Source: Octopus vulgaris (lineage: Eukaryota). From it: a DNA stretch of 64,000 bases. Where the stretch lies: the NCBI GenBank assembly GCA_951406725.2, contig OX597826.1, positions 79,236,001 to 79,300,000 of the forward strand, written 5' to 3'. Positions 11,584-25,058 of this stretch are shown piece after piece (position 1 is the stretch's first letter; each line of letters begins with the position of its first letter). The notes under the pieces are model-generated. The model had not been told where the DNA came from. It did not search any database and saw only the letters and a list, made by a program, of their open reading frames with translations. A program made the position numbers and the translations under genes.

Positions 11584-14500
11584 ATACAACAAAGAATGAA
11601 TAAGGAGGCAACTTTCATCAGTAAATATCTTCCCCAGCTCAATATGAACACATAACATAATACAGAACACTACTAACCTTTCAGTTAGTACCACTAACCC
11701 CCATACATCCCATACACCATTCACATGACAGATCTATATCTACCCTAATTGCACCAAATCCAGAACTACTTACTTCCCTTACACATAATCTTTTTACTCT
11801 GGGACTTGTAGACCCGATACCGTTCATTAATCGATGTGCATTCAAAGCAATGATTAGTAAATTTACGAAACCGGTATGCTTTTGAATCTCTTTAACAATT
11901 CACAATAATGGCTTTTATTACTTTCATTCCTACCTCAGTTCATCTAATTGTATATATATCTATCGTTACTTTTCGCTTATTTTTCTTCTTACTTTCCCCC
12001 CTATATGTGTGTGTGTGTATATATCTATATATATATAGTCGCCATGATAGATCGTTAGCCACTATAGTTGCCATGATAGATCGTTAGCCACTACACACAT
12101 TTTTTTCTCTCCTTGTTTCTCTCCTTGTTTTTTCTGTGTCCCTTTCTGTAGAAGAGCATAGGCTCGAAACGTAAAAGACTTTTTCTATTCCTGAGCGTTA
12201 TACTAATACATCTATTTGTTTTGTACACCACCTGTCTCTGTCTTTTGTTTTTTTCGTAAACTCTCCCTTTATATATATATCCTTATTGTGTCCCTTCCCT
12301 ATTTAGAACAACATGGTGTAATTTGAGGGAAACTTTACTATTATATCTAGCAATTTCAGTGACAACATACTGGTACTTTCATTTTATTGTCTCCAAAGTT
12401 TTCTCATTATGCATTCATTCTCCTCACATAACCCAGCGTATCCCTATTTTTTTTTTTTTTCACCTGATTAACCCATTCTTCTAATCTGCAGTTTAGTGTT
12501 AAGGGACAGGTAAATCATCGATCTTTAAAACCATCTCGTTTATAATTCAGTCTTTATTGGTAGGTAAAGTATCGATCTCTAAAATCAACCATTTTCCACT
12601 TAAATATTTAACGATAGTTAAAGCAATTATTCCACAGTTTACTGCTTTTACCTGTCTGTGATCAATACATAACGATTCCATATGTATTCTGTTCATTTTG
12701 CACCTTTTTGTCTTAATTCTTTGGATTGAAATTTTTTTTTTTCCCTCAGGGCCGTGGATCTTTGCAAGACATTGACCAGCTTTCCTTGTTTAAGTCTCTA
12801 TGTAAATTCACAGCCTCAGTGTTGACTGTTAAAGAAATTGTACCAACACTACAGAAAGCTATCCAAACAGCTCAAAGCGGAACCCCAGGTAAGCCACTCT
12901 TTATTTTATTTCATTTCTTTTCACTTTTCCTCTTAGTTTCTTTATCTGACAAACTTCTTTGCAGTATTTATCTTTCACTTGTTTCAGCCGTTAGACCAGG
13001 GGTTCCTAACCCTTTTTTTTTTATCTATGGACCCCATTTAATTACTATTTTATTTTGGTGGACCCCATAGGCATTCAATATTTAAAACACAGCACAGAAT
13101 TTTGTCAGTGAACAGGTTGCGATCTCAAAGCAACAAAAATATTTTGACAAATCAAATTTAAATATTGAAGTGAATCTAACGGTTTTTGTGTGTTTTTAAA
13201 TGGCTTATAAACACTTTCCTTGCTGGAATTGTTTTCATTCCAGCACACGATCTCAGATCAGGTCACTTGCTATGCAAGTACATCTTCGTAATTTAAAAAC
13301 TAGTTTTATAGAAACCTCTTCCAAAATTCCTATTTTGTTCTTCACACATTCCCCTCTGTAGGTTGAACTACGTACAATGGAAAGAAACCTGTTTCTTACA
13401 ATACATACATCTAAAACAAAATTTTTTCAAGGGCCCTTAAAATACTATTGTGAACCCCCAAATAATCTTATATGGACCCTGGTTGAGATCCATTGCATTA
13501 GACTGTGGCCATGCTGAAGCACCTCCTTTGATGTCTTTTAAACCCTAGTACTTCTCCTCTGTGCTGGTTGCTCAGCAAGTCGCAATGTGCTTTGCATCAT
13601 TTTAGCTTTTGAATGATGCCACCCTGCTGGCTAGGCATGCAGGCCAACACTTCCTCTGATTGGAAGGGCTACCCATTTACAGTTGAGTGGACTGGAGCTA
13701 TGTGAAATGAAGTGTCTTGTTCAAGAACTCAATGCATGGCTTGGTCCAGGAGTCGAACCCATGATTTAACGATCGTGAGTGCAACCCCCTAGCCACTACT
13801 AAGCCAATAGCCTCCATATATATGCATGTATATATGTATATATACACGTGTGTAAATGCATTTGTGTGTATACATATGCACAAGGTCAATTATCCAGGGC
13901 CCTACTCTCGCAGTCATCCAGTTTCGTTGTCTTAAAATTGAGCAAGAAATATTATAAACTAACTTAAATGCAGCCCTATCGAGCGACTTTTAAGCTAGCT
14001 CCTGTGGAGGGATCTTCATTGGGCCTTCAGCCCAACCATGACACTCCATGCATTGAGTACATATTAAATTTTATTAAACTTGATCAATATTTTTCAAGCA
14101 ATGAACAATTTTCTGCAAAACAATGATATAATTTGTTGACTTGGAACTTATTGCAAAGCTGCATGATAAACAACATTATTTGTCTTTCCATTCGGGGTGG
14201 GGGGAAGAAGTACAATTTTTTTCTTCTGCCTGACCTCTTTCTTTCTTTCTCTCTCTTTCTGTTGATTGTTTTCAACCATCACCAGTACCACCACCATTGC
14301 CACCATAACTACTATACACACACCATTCAGACTTCTGACGCCACCACCATCAACACCTTTGACTTTGCCACCTTCCCCTCCACCACCATCACCGCTGTCT
14401 TTCACATCCCTTACTATCACCATCATGTCTGACCACCTCAGCTACCACCATCCTCACCGTCGCCACTGCCTCTATTACAACTACAGCCCATGTATGCCTA

Positions 14501-17500
14501 CTATTACTCTCACCCCCAGCATGAGGAGTAGAAGAAGTGTCACTGAATAGCGAGAGGGGGAGTCAAAGTGTGACACACTGACACACAGAAATTCGTTTCG
14601 GCATTTATTATTATAGAAGATTGCAGAAGGAAAATTGATTCTCTTTTGTAACATCTTAAACATTTTTCCCATTTCAAAATGTTTCACTCTTCTGTAGTTC
14701 TTGCTGGATTATTTGGTGCTTTATTTCTGCCTTCCTTTGGTATTTCAGGCCCAGTTTTTGTTGAATTCCCCATTGATGTTCTCTATCCTTATGAAACTGT
14801 GAAGAAAGAATTAGGAATGAAAGATTCTGGCAAAGGTTTGATGCAGAAAATTGTGAACTGGTAGGTTGTCACTCTCATCATCATCATCATCCAACAAGTT
14901 GTAGTGCAGCTGGGCATTGCATACAAAAAGCTTGCTATTATTGTCGTAGTCTTCATCATCACTGTTATCATCTTTGCCATCATCACCATCATCATCATCA
15001 TTTTCTGTTCTGAGCCTTAGGACTCATACCGTAAGGGCTTCACCCTTCAGCATTCAGACTACTCTGTCAAATGTTAAGTTTATTTATTCACTTTGTTTAC
15101 ATTATCTCACAGCTGAGAGAATTCAATGATGGGATCGTTTATTTTTAGAATGACATTGTAGGGTAGGTGTGAGAGGCCGGATCTGGTCAGTTTGGGCATG
15201 AAATGGGTAGGAAACTTTTGGCTGGATATGACCCTTTTTAAGTGCTGAAGCGTTAACCCCATTTCCATGACAGATAAATGACTGAGATGACCCCCACCAT
15301 TGAATGGGAAGTCAGCCTATTGCATTGCAGGAACTTGTTTACAGCTGAGTTGACTGAGTGGACATGAAACAGAGTACTTTGCTTGAGAACACACTGCACT
15401 GCCTGGTCTAGGACTTGAAACTCTGATCTTAGAATCATGAGTGCAACACCCTAATCTCTGGGCTTTCGCAATTGCCTCATTTACTGTTACTGTTTCTGGC
15501 CCACCTGTCATTGATGAGCACCTGTATTTCAGTCCCTTTCATGACAATTCACCTCAGATTATACAGCTAACAAAGAAAATCCATTTTGATAAAGCCTGTG
15601 CCATGAATTCCCTCCGGACTGTAATTCATTTCTTTTGTTAAGATTATTTCTACATATGTTCTATGCAATGACTAGTAACTGAGACCTTTGGAAGTATGCT
15701 GTGCATGAGAAGACCCGGCAGGACAAGTGAGACTATAACCTGTGGCCTTTACCTGGGATGTAGCCAGTCCACTTATGCATACTTTTCCTTCTTGGGACAC
15801 AAAACTCTGCTTGCGAAAACCTGTTGAGGCAAGTGAAATCGAAATCGATAAAAAATCAATGGAAATTGTAGTTGTGATATCAGTTCCTGTGGCACGTAAA
15901 AGGACCATCCGAACATGGCCATTGCCAGTGCCACCTCGACTGGCCTCTGTGCCGGTGGCACGTAAAAAGCACCAACCGATCGTGGCCGTTGCCAGCCCCG
16001 CCTGGCACCTGTGCTGGTGTCACGTAAAAAGCACTGACTACACTCACGGAGTGGTCAGCGTTATGAAGGGCATCCAGCTGTAGAAACTCTGCCAGATTGG
16101 AGTCTGGTTCGGCAGACCTCAGTCAAATCGTCCAACCCATGCTAGCATGGAAAGCGGACGTTAAATGATGATGATGATGAAATTCCCATTTCTTATCCTG
16201 CCTACGTAGTAAGGACTTAGTTCTCTCCCTTATATTAATGGCCGTGGCTAGGGGGCACCATATGTATAAGAATTTGATTATCTTATATTTTTTGGATTTC
16301 TTTTTTCTTTTAGGTATCTCCAGAATCACTTGAACAATTTGTTCTCCGGTGCTTTTGAAGATCGTGATATGTCTCCTCTTCATGTGGACATACCAAAGCC
16401 TTCTAACTCTCAAGGTACGTAAATGAGCATCAGTGACATTCATCCCAGATCTATTAAAACACCACACACTATAAAATAGTAAGGAAGCATATAGTTGCTT
16501 GACCTGCTGAAAATAACAGCCCAATTTCTCTCAGATTGTGCTGTATCATCTTTAAAAAGGAAGGAGAAGGTCATCAAGATGATCCATTGTTAATCCTTTA
16601 GCATTCAGATTACTTTGTCAAATGTAAATGCTTATTTATCCACATTGTTTTGAGTTAATCATGGATTATCTCAGAGCTTTGAGAATTCAAGGATGTGATT
16701 GGTTAGTTTTAGAATGATATTGTAGGGTAGGTGTGAGAGGCTGGATCTGGCTAGTTTGAACATAAAACTGATCGAATATTTGAGCCGGATATACCTGGTT
16801 TAAATGCAACAACAGTAACAAACAGTTAAATGTAATCGAGGATTCTCCATTAATTTTAATCAAATTTTTCTGCCATGGTGCATGGATGAAGTTTGTAACC
16901 AGGGCAACAGTGCCCCTGACTGTCTCCTATGCTAGTGGCATTTAAAAAGTACCATCCATACATGATCATTACCAGGCCCTCCTGACTGGCTCCTATGCTA
17001 GTAGCATGTAAAAAGCACCCACTATACACTCACGGAGTGGTTGGCGTTAGGAAGGGCGTCCAGCTGTAGAAACATTGCCAGATCAGATTAGAGCCTGGTG
17101 CAGCCTCCTGGCTCTCCAGACCTCAGTCAAACCGTCCAACCCATGCCAGCATGGAAAACGGACGTTAAATGATGACGACAACAATACAGCAGTGACTTGA
17201 ACCTCTACTATCTTGTTCCAGTGCAGAAATGTGCCGAGTTACTCTCCAAGGCCAAGAAACCTGTATTCCTATTGGGAAGTCAAATTACACTGCCACCGGT
17301 TCCCGTAGAAAACCTATGTCAATCTCTAGAGGTAAATATTTTTCTAATTTGTCTAAACACCCATATTTTCTTCATAATTACTCTTGTTGTTATTGTTATT
17401 GCTGGTTATAATAATAATAGTAATAATAATAATCCTTTCTACTAAAGGCACAAGGCCTGAGATTTGTGGGGAGGGGACGAGTCGCTTATATCGACTCCAG

Positions 17501-20500
17501 TGTTTCACTGGTACTTAATTTATCGACCCTGAAAGGATAAAAGGCAAAGTTGATCTTGGTGGAATTTTGAACTCAGAACGTAGAGGTAGACGAAATACCT
17601 ATTTCTTTACTACCCTCAAGGGGCTAAACACAGAGAGGACAAACAAGGACAGACAAACGGATTAAGTTGATTACATCGACCCCAGTGCATAACTGATACT
17701 TATTTAATCGACCCCGAAAGGATGAAAAGCATGTCAACCTTGGCGGAATTTGAACTTAGAACGTAGCGGCAGATGAAATACCGCTAAGCATTTCACCCGG
17801 CGTGCTAATGACTCTGCCAGCTTGCCCACTTTGCAGCGAAATATATTGACCTGGTACTTGGCTGCCATTTACTTTGTTCATTCTGTGCCGGTGGCACATA
17901 AAAGGCACCAACTGATTGTGGCCGCTGCTAGCTTCCGCAGGCTCCTGTGCTGGTGGCATGTAAAAAGCATTCACTACACTCTCAGAGTGGTTGGCGTTAG
18001 GAAGGGCATCCAGCTGTAGAAACACTGCCTGATCAGACTGGTGTCTGGTGCAGCCTCGTGGCTTCCCAGACCCCAGTCGGACTGTCCAACCCATGCTAGC
18101 ATGGAGAACGGACGTTAAACGATGATGATGATGATGTACTACATTTGTTTAGTCTTTATGACTGTTCACGCTTTACATTTGCTTGCTGTAGTCGCTCAGT
18201 CACTGCTTTTCAACTGCATCCATTACTGAGGCCCTGGTTTGGGAGTTCCAGTGTTTTGAAGAGTGTGGAACCACCTCCTTACACACTGTTGTTCCCAGGT
18301 CTATTCTCACCTGAAGAAATAGCACCTGTCAGAGTCCCAACTAATGGATTAATTAGCATGTTAAGGCTTGTCTGTCTAGACACATGAAGTCTGGATCAGA
18401 CCGACTCTGTGGAAGAAACCTTCAGGTTTCAATGGAGAGGAAGGCAGCTGCGATGCATTGTGGGATGCTGCGAGCAAGATGAGGCAAGCAACAGATCTTG
18501 GTTGTCCACTGAATCCATCTCCATTCCTGGTCATCTTGACCTGGTCTTACCAATGAACTGAAAACGGTCACAAACTGGAGAGTGAGATGACTGGTGTCTG
18601 ACTCTTCTTCACTTTAAACAAAGTCACCATAAAAGTCATCAACCATTCTTAAGGATGACCAGATGGCCTTCATCACTATATTATTCTCTTAACTGTATTT
18701 ACTTTCTGTATTTACTCATCTCTTTCATTCACTGACTCTGATGTTGTTTTTCTCTTCTCTTCTCATTTTATCTTCAAATCCGTTTCACCTAGAATATTGG
18801 TGTTCCATGTTTCCTTGGTGGTATGTCACGTGGACTTTTAGGAAGAAATAACCCTTTACAGATGAGACAGCAGCGTCGGGATGCACTGAAAGAGGCTGAC
18901 CTTATTATTCTTGCTGGTAACCTGATTTCTTTTTTATTTTCATTTCATTTCCTGTTAAAAAAAAAATACAAGTATTTTTTTATCTTCTAATAAATACTTT
19001 TTAAATTTTATCTCTTATTATTTTTAAAAAAATCTATTGCATTTTATGTCATAGCATTTTATCTTCATTTTACCATGCTTGCATAAGTTGGATGGGCCTT
19101 CCCCAGAGCTTAATATCTTACTGCTTGTTGTGGTCCCTTCAGAGTTCCAGCCTTTTGAGATCAACCTTCATCCCTTCTTTCCGTGCCTCCCTCAGTCTTC
19201 CTCTTCTCCAAGTTCCTTCCGCTTTGATCACCCCACAAACTTTACCCAACTCACATCTTCCATACACACAATACCTCCACTTCAGTGCAGTGATCTCCTA
19301 TTCTTCATCATCTATGCACACTAACATTACACATCCAGGGGAGCATGTTCACCTAAGTTCTTTTAAGGCTTCACTCATTCTCTGCATCCACAGCCCATGT
19401 TTTGCTACCCTGCAGTATCACACTTTGTACTTAAGCATTATACATTCTGCCCTTCACTCAGGGAGATAATCCTTTTGTTACCAGCAGATGTAATAGTTCC
19501 TTGAAATCTCTCCTCTTTTTCCCCGACTCCTTTTTTAATCAGGCTGGTTACCTAATAATAATAATAGAAGCTGTCAGATATTTCTAGAAGCATTTTCAAA
19601 TTCATAGCTACTCTTATTACTAACTAATTCTTGTTTGTCTGCTACGTACAGAATCATTCTCTCCTGGCAGCCTATTTGTGATCACACTGCGTCTGAAATG
19701 CAACTGTTGTTTACATTCGTCACACATTACAGAGATCCTACCGACTCCTTTTCTCTGCACGCTGAGCATGGCTGGTTCCCCGATGACAGCAGAGTTCTGT
19801 GTTCTTTCCTGCCAACCAAATAGTTGTCTTTGCTAGGTTTACTTTTAGATGTCTTGATTGTAAGGCACTGCTTCCTTATTTGGAACATTTTCTCTAATTC
19901 TTTGATTGCCATGGAGAACCAGTCTTGAAGTTCACTAGTTATGACCTGTATAACTAGGATAAACACCTGACTAAAAGTTGACCCCCTGGGCTCTGAAACT
20001 GTCGTCTTGTTAATATCACCCTTGTATTTAGGTTGCATGCTAAATAGACATCTTGTATTTAGCTTAAGCTCTATCTACGACGATTTCATCTCAATCGAAG
20101 GAGAGGGGCTTTCTCTGTCCGGGTAGCGGATCCATGGACGACCGCTCGGTTCAAAGTCTCTCTTGACCAGAAATGGCCTGAACTCTTTGTATGACCACCC
20201 TCCCTGTACATAACTCCCTGTCCCCCTACGTGGCCTTGCTTTTGCTTTTTGAGCCAATAAAAATTGAATTGGGGAAAAAAGAAAAGCCATTTCTTTGCAT
20301 CTAGTTCTGTTTGTGAGCAGGTTAATGAAAGTTGGGTTTATTCTTAGCTAAATACTTCATTTCTGTTCCATTTACAAAAAATGCTTCAGAATATAAAATT
20401 TTGCTCAGATTGTCTGAAGAAAGAAATAAACGAAAAAGGAATGAATAAGAGAATTTTTAAAGGTTTAAGGAACACTAATTGTTATTCTTAGAGGTTTTAT

Positions 20501-23500
20501 ACTCTCAAAAGAAAATCCTGTCACACCACTTCCTTCTCTTCCATCCTATGTCTGATGATTAGACAGAAATGCCTGACCGTTTTGTTAGCAGTTTGTGCAA
20601 ACCCTTAGCTTCTTAGGTTCCTAACTAGCATCACTATATAGGGGTGGGTTGTAGTTTGTGATTCAGTTCATATACAGTAATCCCTCGCCATATCGCAGTT
20701 GATTATTTAAGCTTGCATCGATCCCTCTATGGTGTTGTTTTGAATTTATAATAAAATAAATACATACAAATTATAAAAATAAGAATAAAAAATATACAGT
20801 ACAAGTACTGTTTCTTCTTCGCGGATTTTCACCTCTTGTGGGGGGTTTTGGAACATAACACCTGCAATAGTTGAAGGATCACTGTAATTACTTCTAACCA
20901 GACACAGTGAACTGTTCATTAGAGAGAAGTTGGTTAAAGTAAACTCAATTACAGGTTCTTTCGTTAGCCTAATTTGCATTAAGTTTGCCTTACCAATATC
21001 TTTTTGATTCATATCTTTTATGTTTCGATCACATAATTATTCACATTTTTATTTGATTCCAGGAACTGTTTGTGATTTCCGTCTTGGCTATGGTCGGTCA
21101 CTGAACCGAAAAGCGAAAATAATTGCTGTCAACCGTTCCAAAGAGCAACTGCATAAAGTAAGTATTTCCGTATTCTATGACTTGGAGATCTGACATAAAA
21201 GTAACATTTGAAACAATCACAATGGATTCCTGCTCACCCCTGTGAGGGTCCGAGTGCAATTGGGGGCCTCTGTTCGTTAAATCTAGTTGACAGAAATGTA
21301 GAACGTTGTATCAAATCATGCCGACATTTTTCAGCTGGTGGGGGGTGGGGGTGAACACTGATTAATTATGTTGGTCACATTTAATTAATTATCTCCAGGG
21401 TGTGGCTCGGCTGATGTTATGTTAAATATGCCTGCACAACAACAATAACAACAATGACAATGTTAGCAATAATAACTGCAACAGCAACTGCTCCGGTTGT
21501 CTGTTTTGGCTTGGTTTATCCAGTTGGAAGAACATACAGAGTGCCACATGTGGTGCTGGCACAGGTGCTTTTTGTGTGGCACCAGTATGGGTCTTTTTAC
21601 GTGGCACCAGCACGGGTGCTTTTTATGTGGCGTCAGCACAGGTGTTTTTTGTGTGGTACTAGCATGGGAGCTTCTTATGTGGCACCACCATGGGTACTTT
21701 TTACATGGCACCACCATGGCTGCTTTCTGCATGGCACCAGCATGGGTACTTTTTACGTGGCACCACCATGGCTGCTTTTTACATGGCACCACCATGGCTG
21801 CTTTTTACATGGCACCACCATGGCTGCTTTTTACATGGCACCAGCATGGGTGCTTTCTGCATGGCAGCAGCACATGTTTTTTACATGGCACCAGCATGGT
21901 AACTTTTTACATGGCATCATCACAATATGTTGAATTGGCTTAGTCCTCTGGTTTACCAAATCCTGTTCACCTGTTAAACCATGCCTGCACAGGAAATGGG
22001 CACTAAATGGTGATGATTAACACATCATCATCATTTAACGTCCACTTTCCATGCTAGCATGGGTCAGACGATTTGACTGAGGTCTGGCGAACCAGACTCC
22101 AATCTGATCTGGCAGAGTTTCTACAGCACCCACTACACTCTCAGAGTGGTTGGCATTAGGAAGGGCCTCACAGAGGCAATGACAGGAGACCGAGACCTTT
22201 GCTGTGATTGAGAAGACCTGGCAACTTAAGTGAGATCGCAGCCATGGCCGATGCCAGTGTTGCATGTCCGACCCATTTAAGAGTACCCTTGATGCGTTGG
22301 GTGATATGATATGCTTGAGAAGACCTGTCGAGTCAAGTAAAACCAATATCGTAGCTGTGGCCAGTGCCCCCTGACTGGCTCCGATTCCGGTAGCATGTAG
22401 AATGCATCATCTGAACGTGGTTGATGCCAGGTCCACCTGACTGGCTCCAGTGCTGGTGACACATAAAACGTACCATCCAAACATGGCCAATGCCAGTACC
22501 CCTTGACTGACTCCCATGTAAAAAAGCACCTACTACACTCTCGGAGTGGTTGGTGTTAGGAAGAGCATCCAGCTGTAGAAACACTGCCAGATCAGATTGG
22601 AGCCTGGTGCAGCTGCTGGCTCTCCAGACCTCAGTCAAACCGTCCAACCCATGCCAGCATGGAAAGCAGACGTTAAACGATGATGATGATGATTAATAAA
22701 GTAATCTGAATGCCAAAGGGTTAATGTAAAATAAAGCAAAAAAATTCTTTATTATCTCATTTCTTCTTATTTTCTTTGCTAATTTTGCCGATCCTCCCTG
22801 ATTGACATCATACAATTATTTAACCTGTTCTTCTGTTATTCTGTTCTCTTCAGAATTCTGATATGTTTTGGAAACCAACTGTTGCCATCCAGGGAGATGC
22901 TGCTACATTTGTCACTCAACTGTCTTCAACACTTCAAGGTTACAAGTGTGACCCAGAATGGTTGTCCACATTACGGGAAAGAGATAATCTGAAAGAGAAT
23001 GCAAACAAGTAATTGATGTTTTCGTTAATTAGATGATGTGTAATTTTGTTGTATCTGTATCAAAGATATAGACTAAAGCCTTGAGCATGTATTTCATTGA
23101 CAGAATCTGAAAGTAGCCATCATGTGTGTGTGTTTGTGCCATTGTGTGACTTGTAAATAAGTGATATTCATTTCTATTATTCGGCAAAAACATGTCATCG
23201 CCTTGGCAAGACTGATGAGTAGGCTACCTCTCTTGTGCTGGTCTTATGTAAAACTCACCCAATACACTCTGCAGAGTGTAAGGTTGAAGACACGACACAT
23301 GTCTAGGGCAGAGGCCAAGGAAAAATTGGCCAATACACTTTTTAAAGTGGTTGGCATTAGGATTGGCATCCAGCTGTAGAAACAGTGCTGAAAAATGAAA
23401 ACTGAGTGAGATGAGATCCCTTGACTTGTCTTTGTGAGCATTCCCAAGTCCTGCTGACTTCAATAGTGATAACCCATTCCAACTAATGAAAGCATGGAAA

Positions 23501-25027
23501 GCAAGTACAAATTGATGATGATGATGATGGTGATGATGATATATATTGTAAATTATGTTCTATCCTTTTTAGGAAAAAAGGTGAAGAAAAAACAGATAAA
23601 CACCTGAATCCTGTGAAACTGTTACAACTGACTGAAGAGATTCTTACAGACGACAGCATTCTTGTAGCTGATGGCGGTGACTTTGTGGGTACTGCTTCCT
23701 ACATTCTCAGGTAAATTATTTATCAGTTCTATATTTAAGAGATGGGGAATTATTTACATTATTTACATTTGACGGATATTTGTCCTCATCTTGTTTGTTG
23801 TTAACACATTTCGGCTGATATACCCTCCAGCCTTCATCAGGTGTCTTGGGGAAATTTCAAACCTGGATTCTCATTCCTAAGGTATTTTTCGATGTTGTTG
23901 TTGCTGTTGCTGCTGCTGTAGTAGTAGTAGTAATAATAATAATAAACATTCAGGTCACTGCTTGGAATCGAACTCAGAATCTTGGGGTTAGTAGCCCATG
24001 CTCTTAACCACTATGCCATATGCCCATGGGTGTATGGTATAGTAGTATGCCCACAGGTATATGGCGTAGTAGTTAATAGTGTGGGCTACTAACCCCAAGA
24101 TTCCGAATAATAATAATAATAATAACATCGAAAGATACCTTAGGAATGGGAGCCCTGGTTTAGGACTAATGTTGCTGTAATTTAGCCCCAGGAGACATCG
24201 TCTTCAGCCTGCTATACGACACGATCTGTGTCCTTATATTTTCGAACAAGGGAATCTAGCACCTCCCACTCAGCTCAAAACAATATCTGTGTATCGCGAT
24301 TTCTGAGTTATTTCCCTTCATCAGCACTGGGGCTAAATTACAGCAACATTCGTCCTAAACCAGGACGTCCATGTTATGTTGGCAAACAATCTTTACTCCA
24401 ATGTACTGTTGCTGAATATCTCTCGTTGTGAGATTTAAAAATAGTAATTTTCTAATAAACATTTTGTTGTGACAAATTTAATTCAATCAACTTGCATAGA
24501 AAAAACGTTTGAGAGTTTCTGTGGAAGGTAGATCCACTGAGCAGACAAATTTCATCATTGTTATTCTCATTGATTTTATATTGATAAGAAATTATTGATA
24601 TAATACCTTTGACTTACTCCTTTACCTAAAATTTCAGACCTTGTTCCCATTGTAGAAAGAATTGTAGCTTTATCCACTACGAATTCCACCTTTGAAGTGA
24701 TGTATTCCATATCTGTTTAAGTTTCTGAAAAAAAAAAATGTATATTGACATTAAATTTAATATTTTTGCAGACCACGTGGCCCTTTATGTTGGTTAGATC
24801 CTGGTGCTTTTGGAACTCTTGGTGTTGGTGGAGGATTTGCACTTGGCGCCAAAATTTGTCGTCCCGAAAGCGATGTGTGGATTATATATGGTGATGGTTC
24901 TCTTGGATTTAGTGTGGCTGAGTTTGATACTTTTACACGACACAAGGTAACATTCATTTACAATTATTATGTAATATCAAGACAAGGAAACACACTTTCA
25001 CACACACACACACACACACATCCATGC

Positions 25028-25058
<31 letters not shown>

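Noticed and set aside
20548-20580. CTGATGA...GAAA hammerhead candidate
   Set aside because: No credible stem II or stem III
21454-21943. Repetitive His/Trp-rich ORFs or a CRISPR-like array
   Set aside because: Contiguous ~27-bp units with no unique spacers; derived from a retroposon internal repeat; intronic
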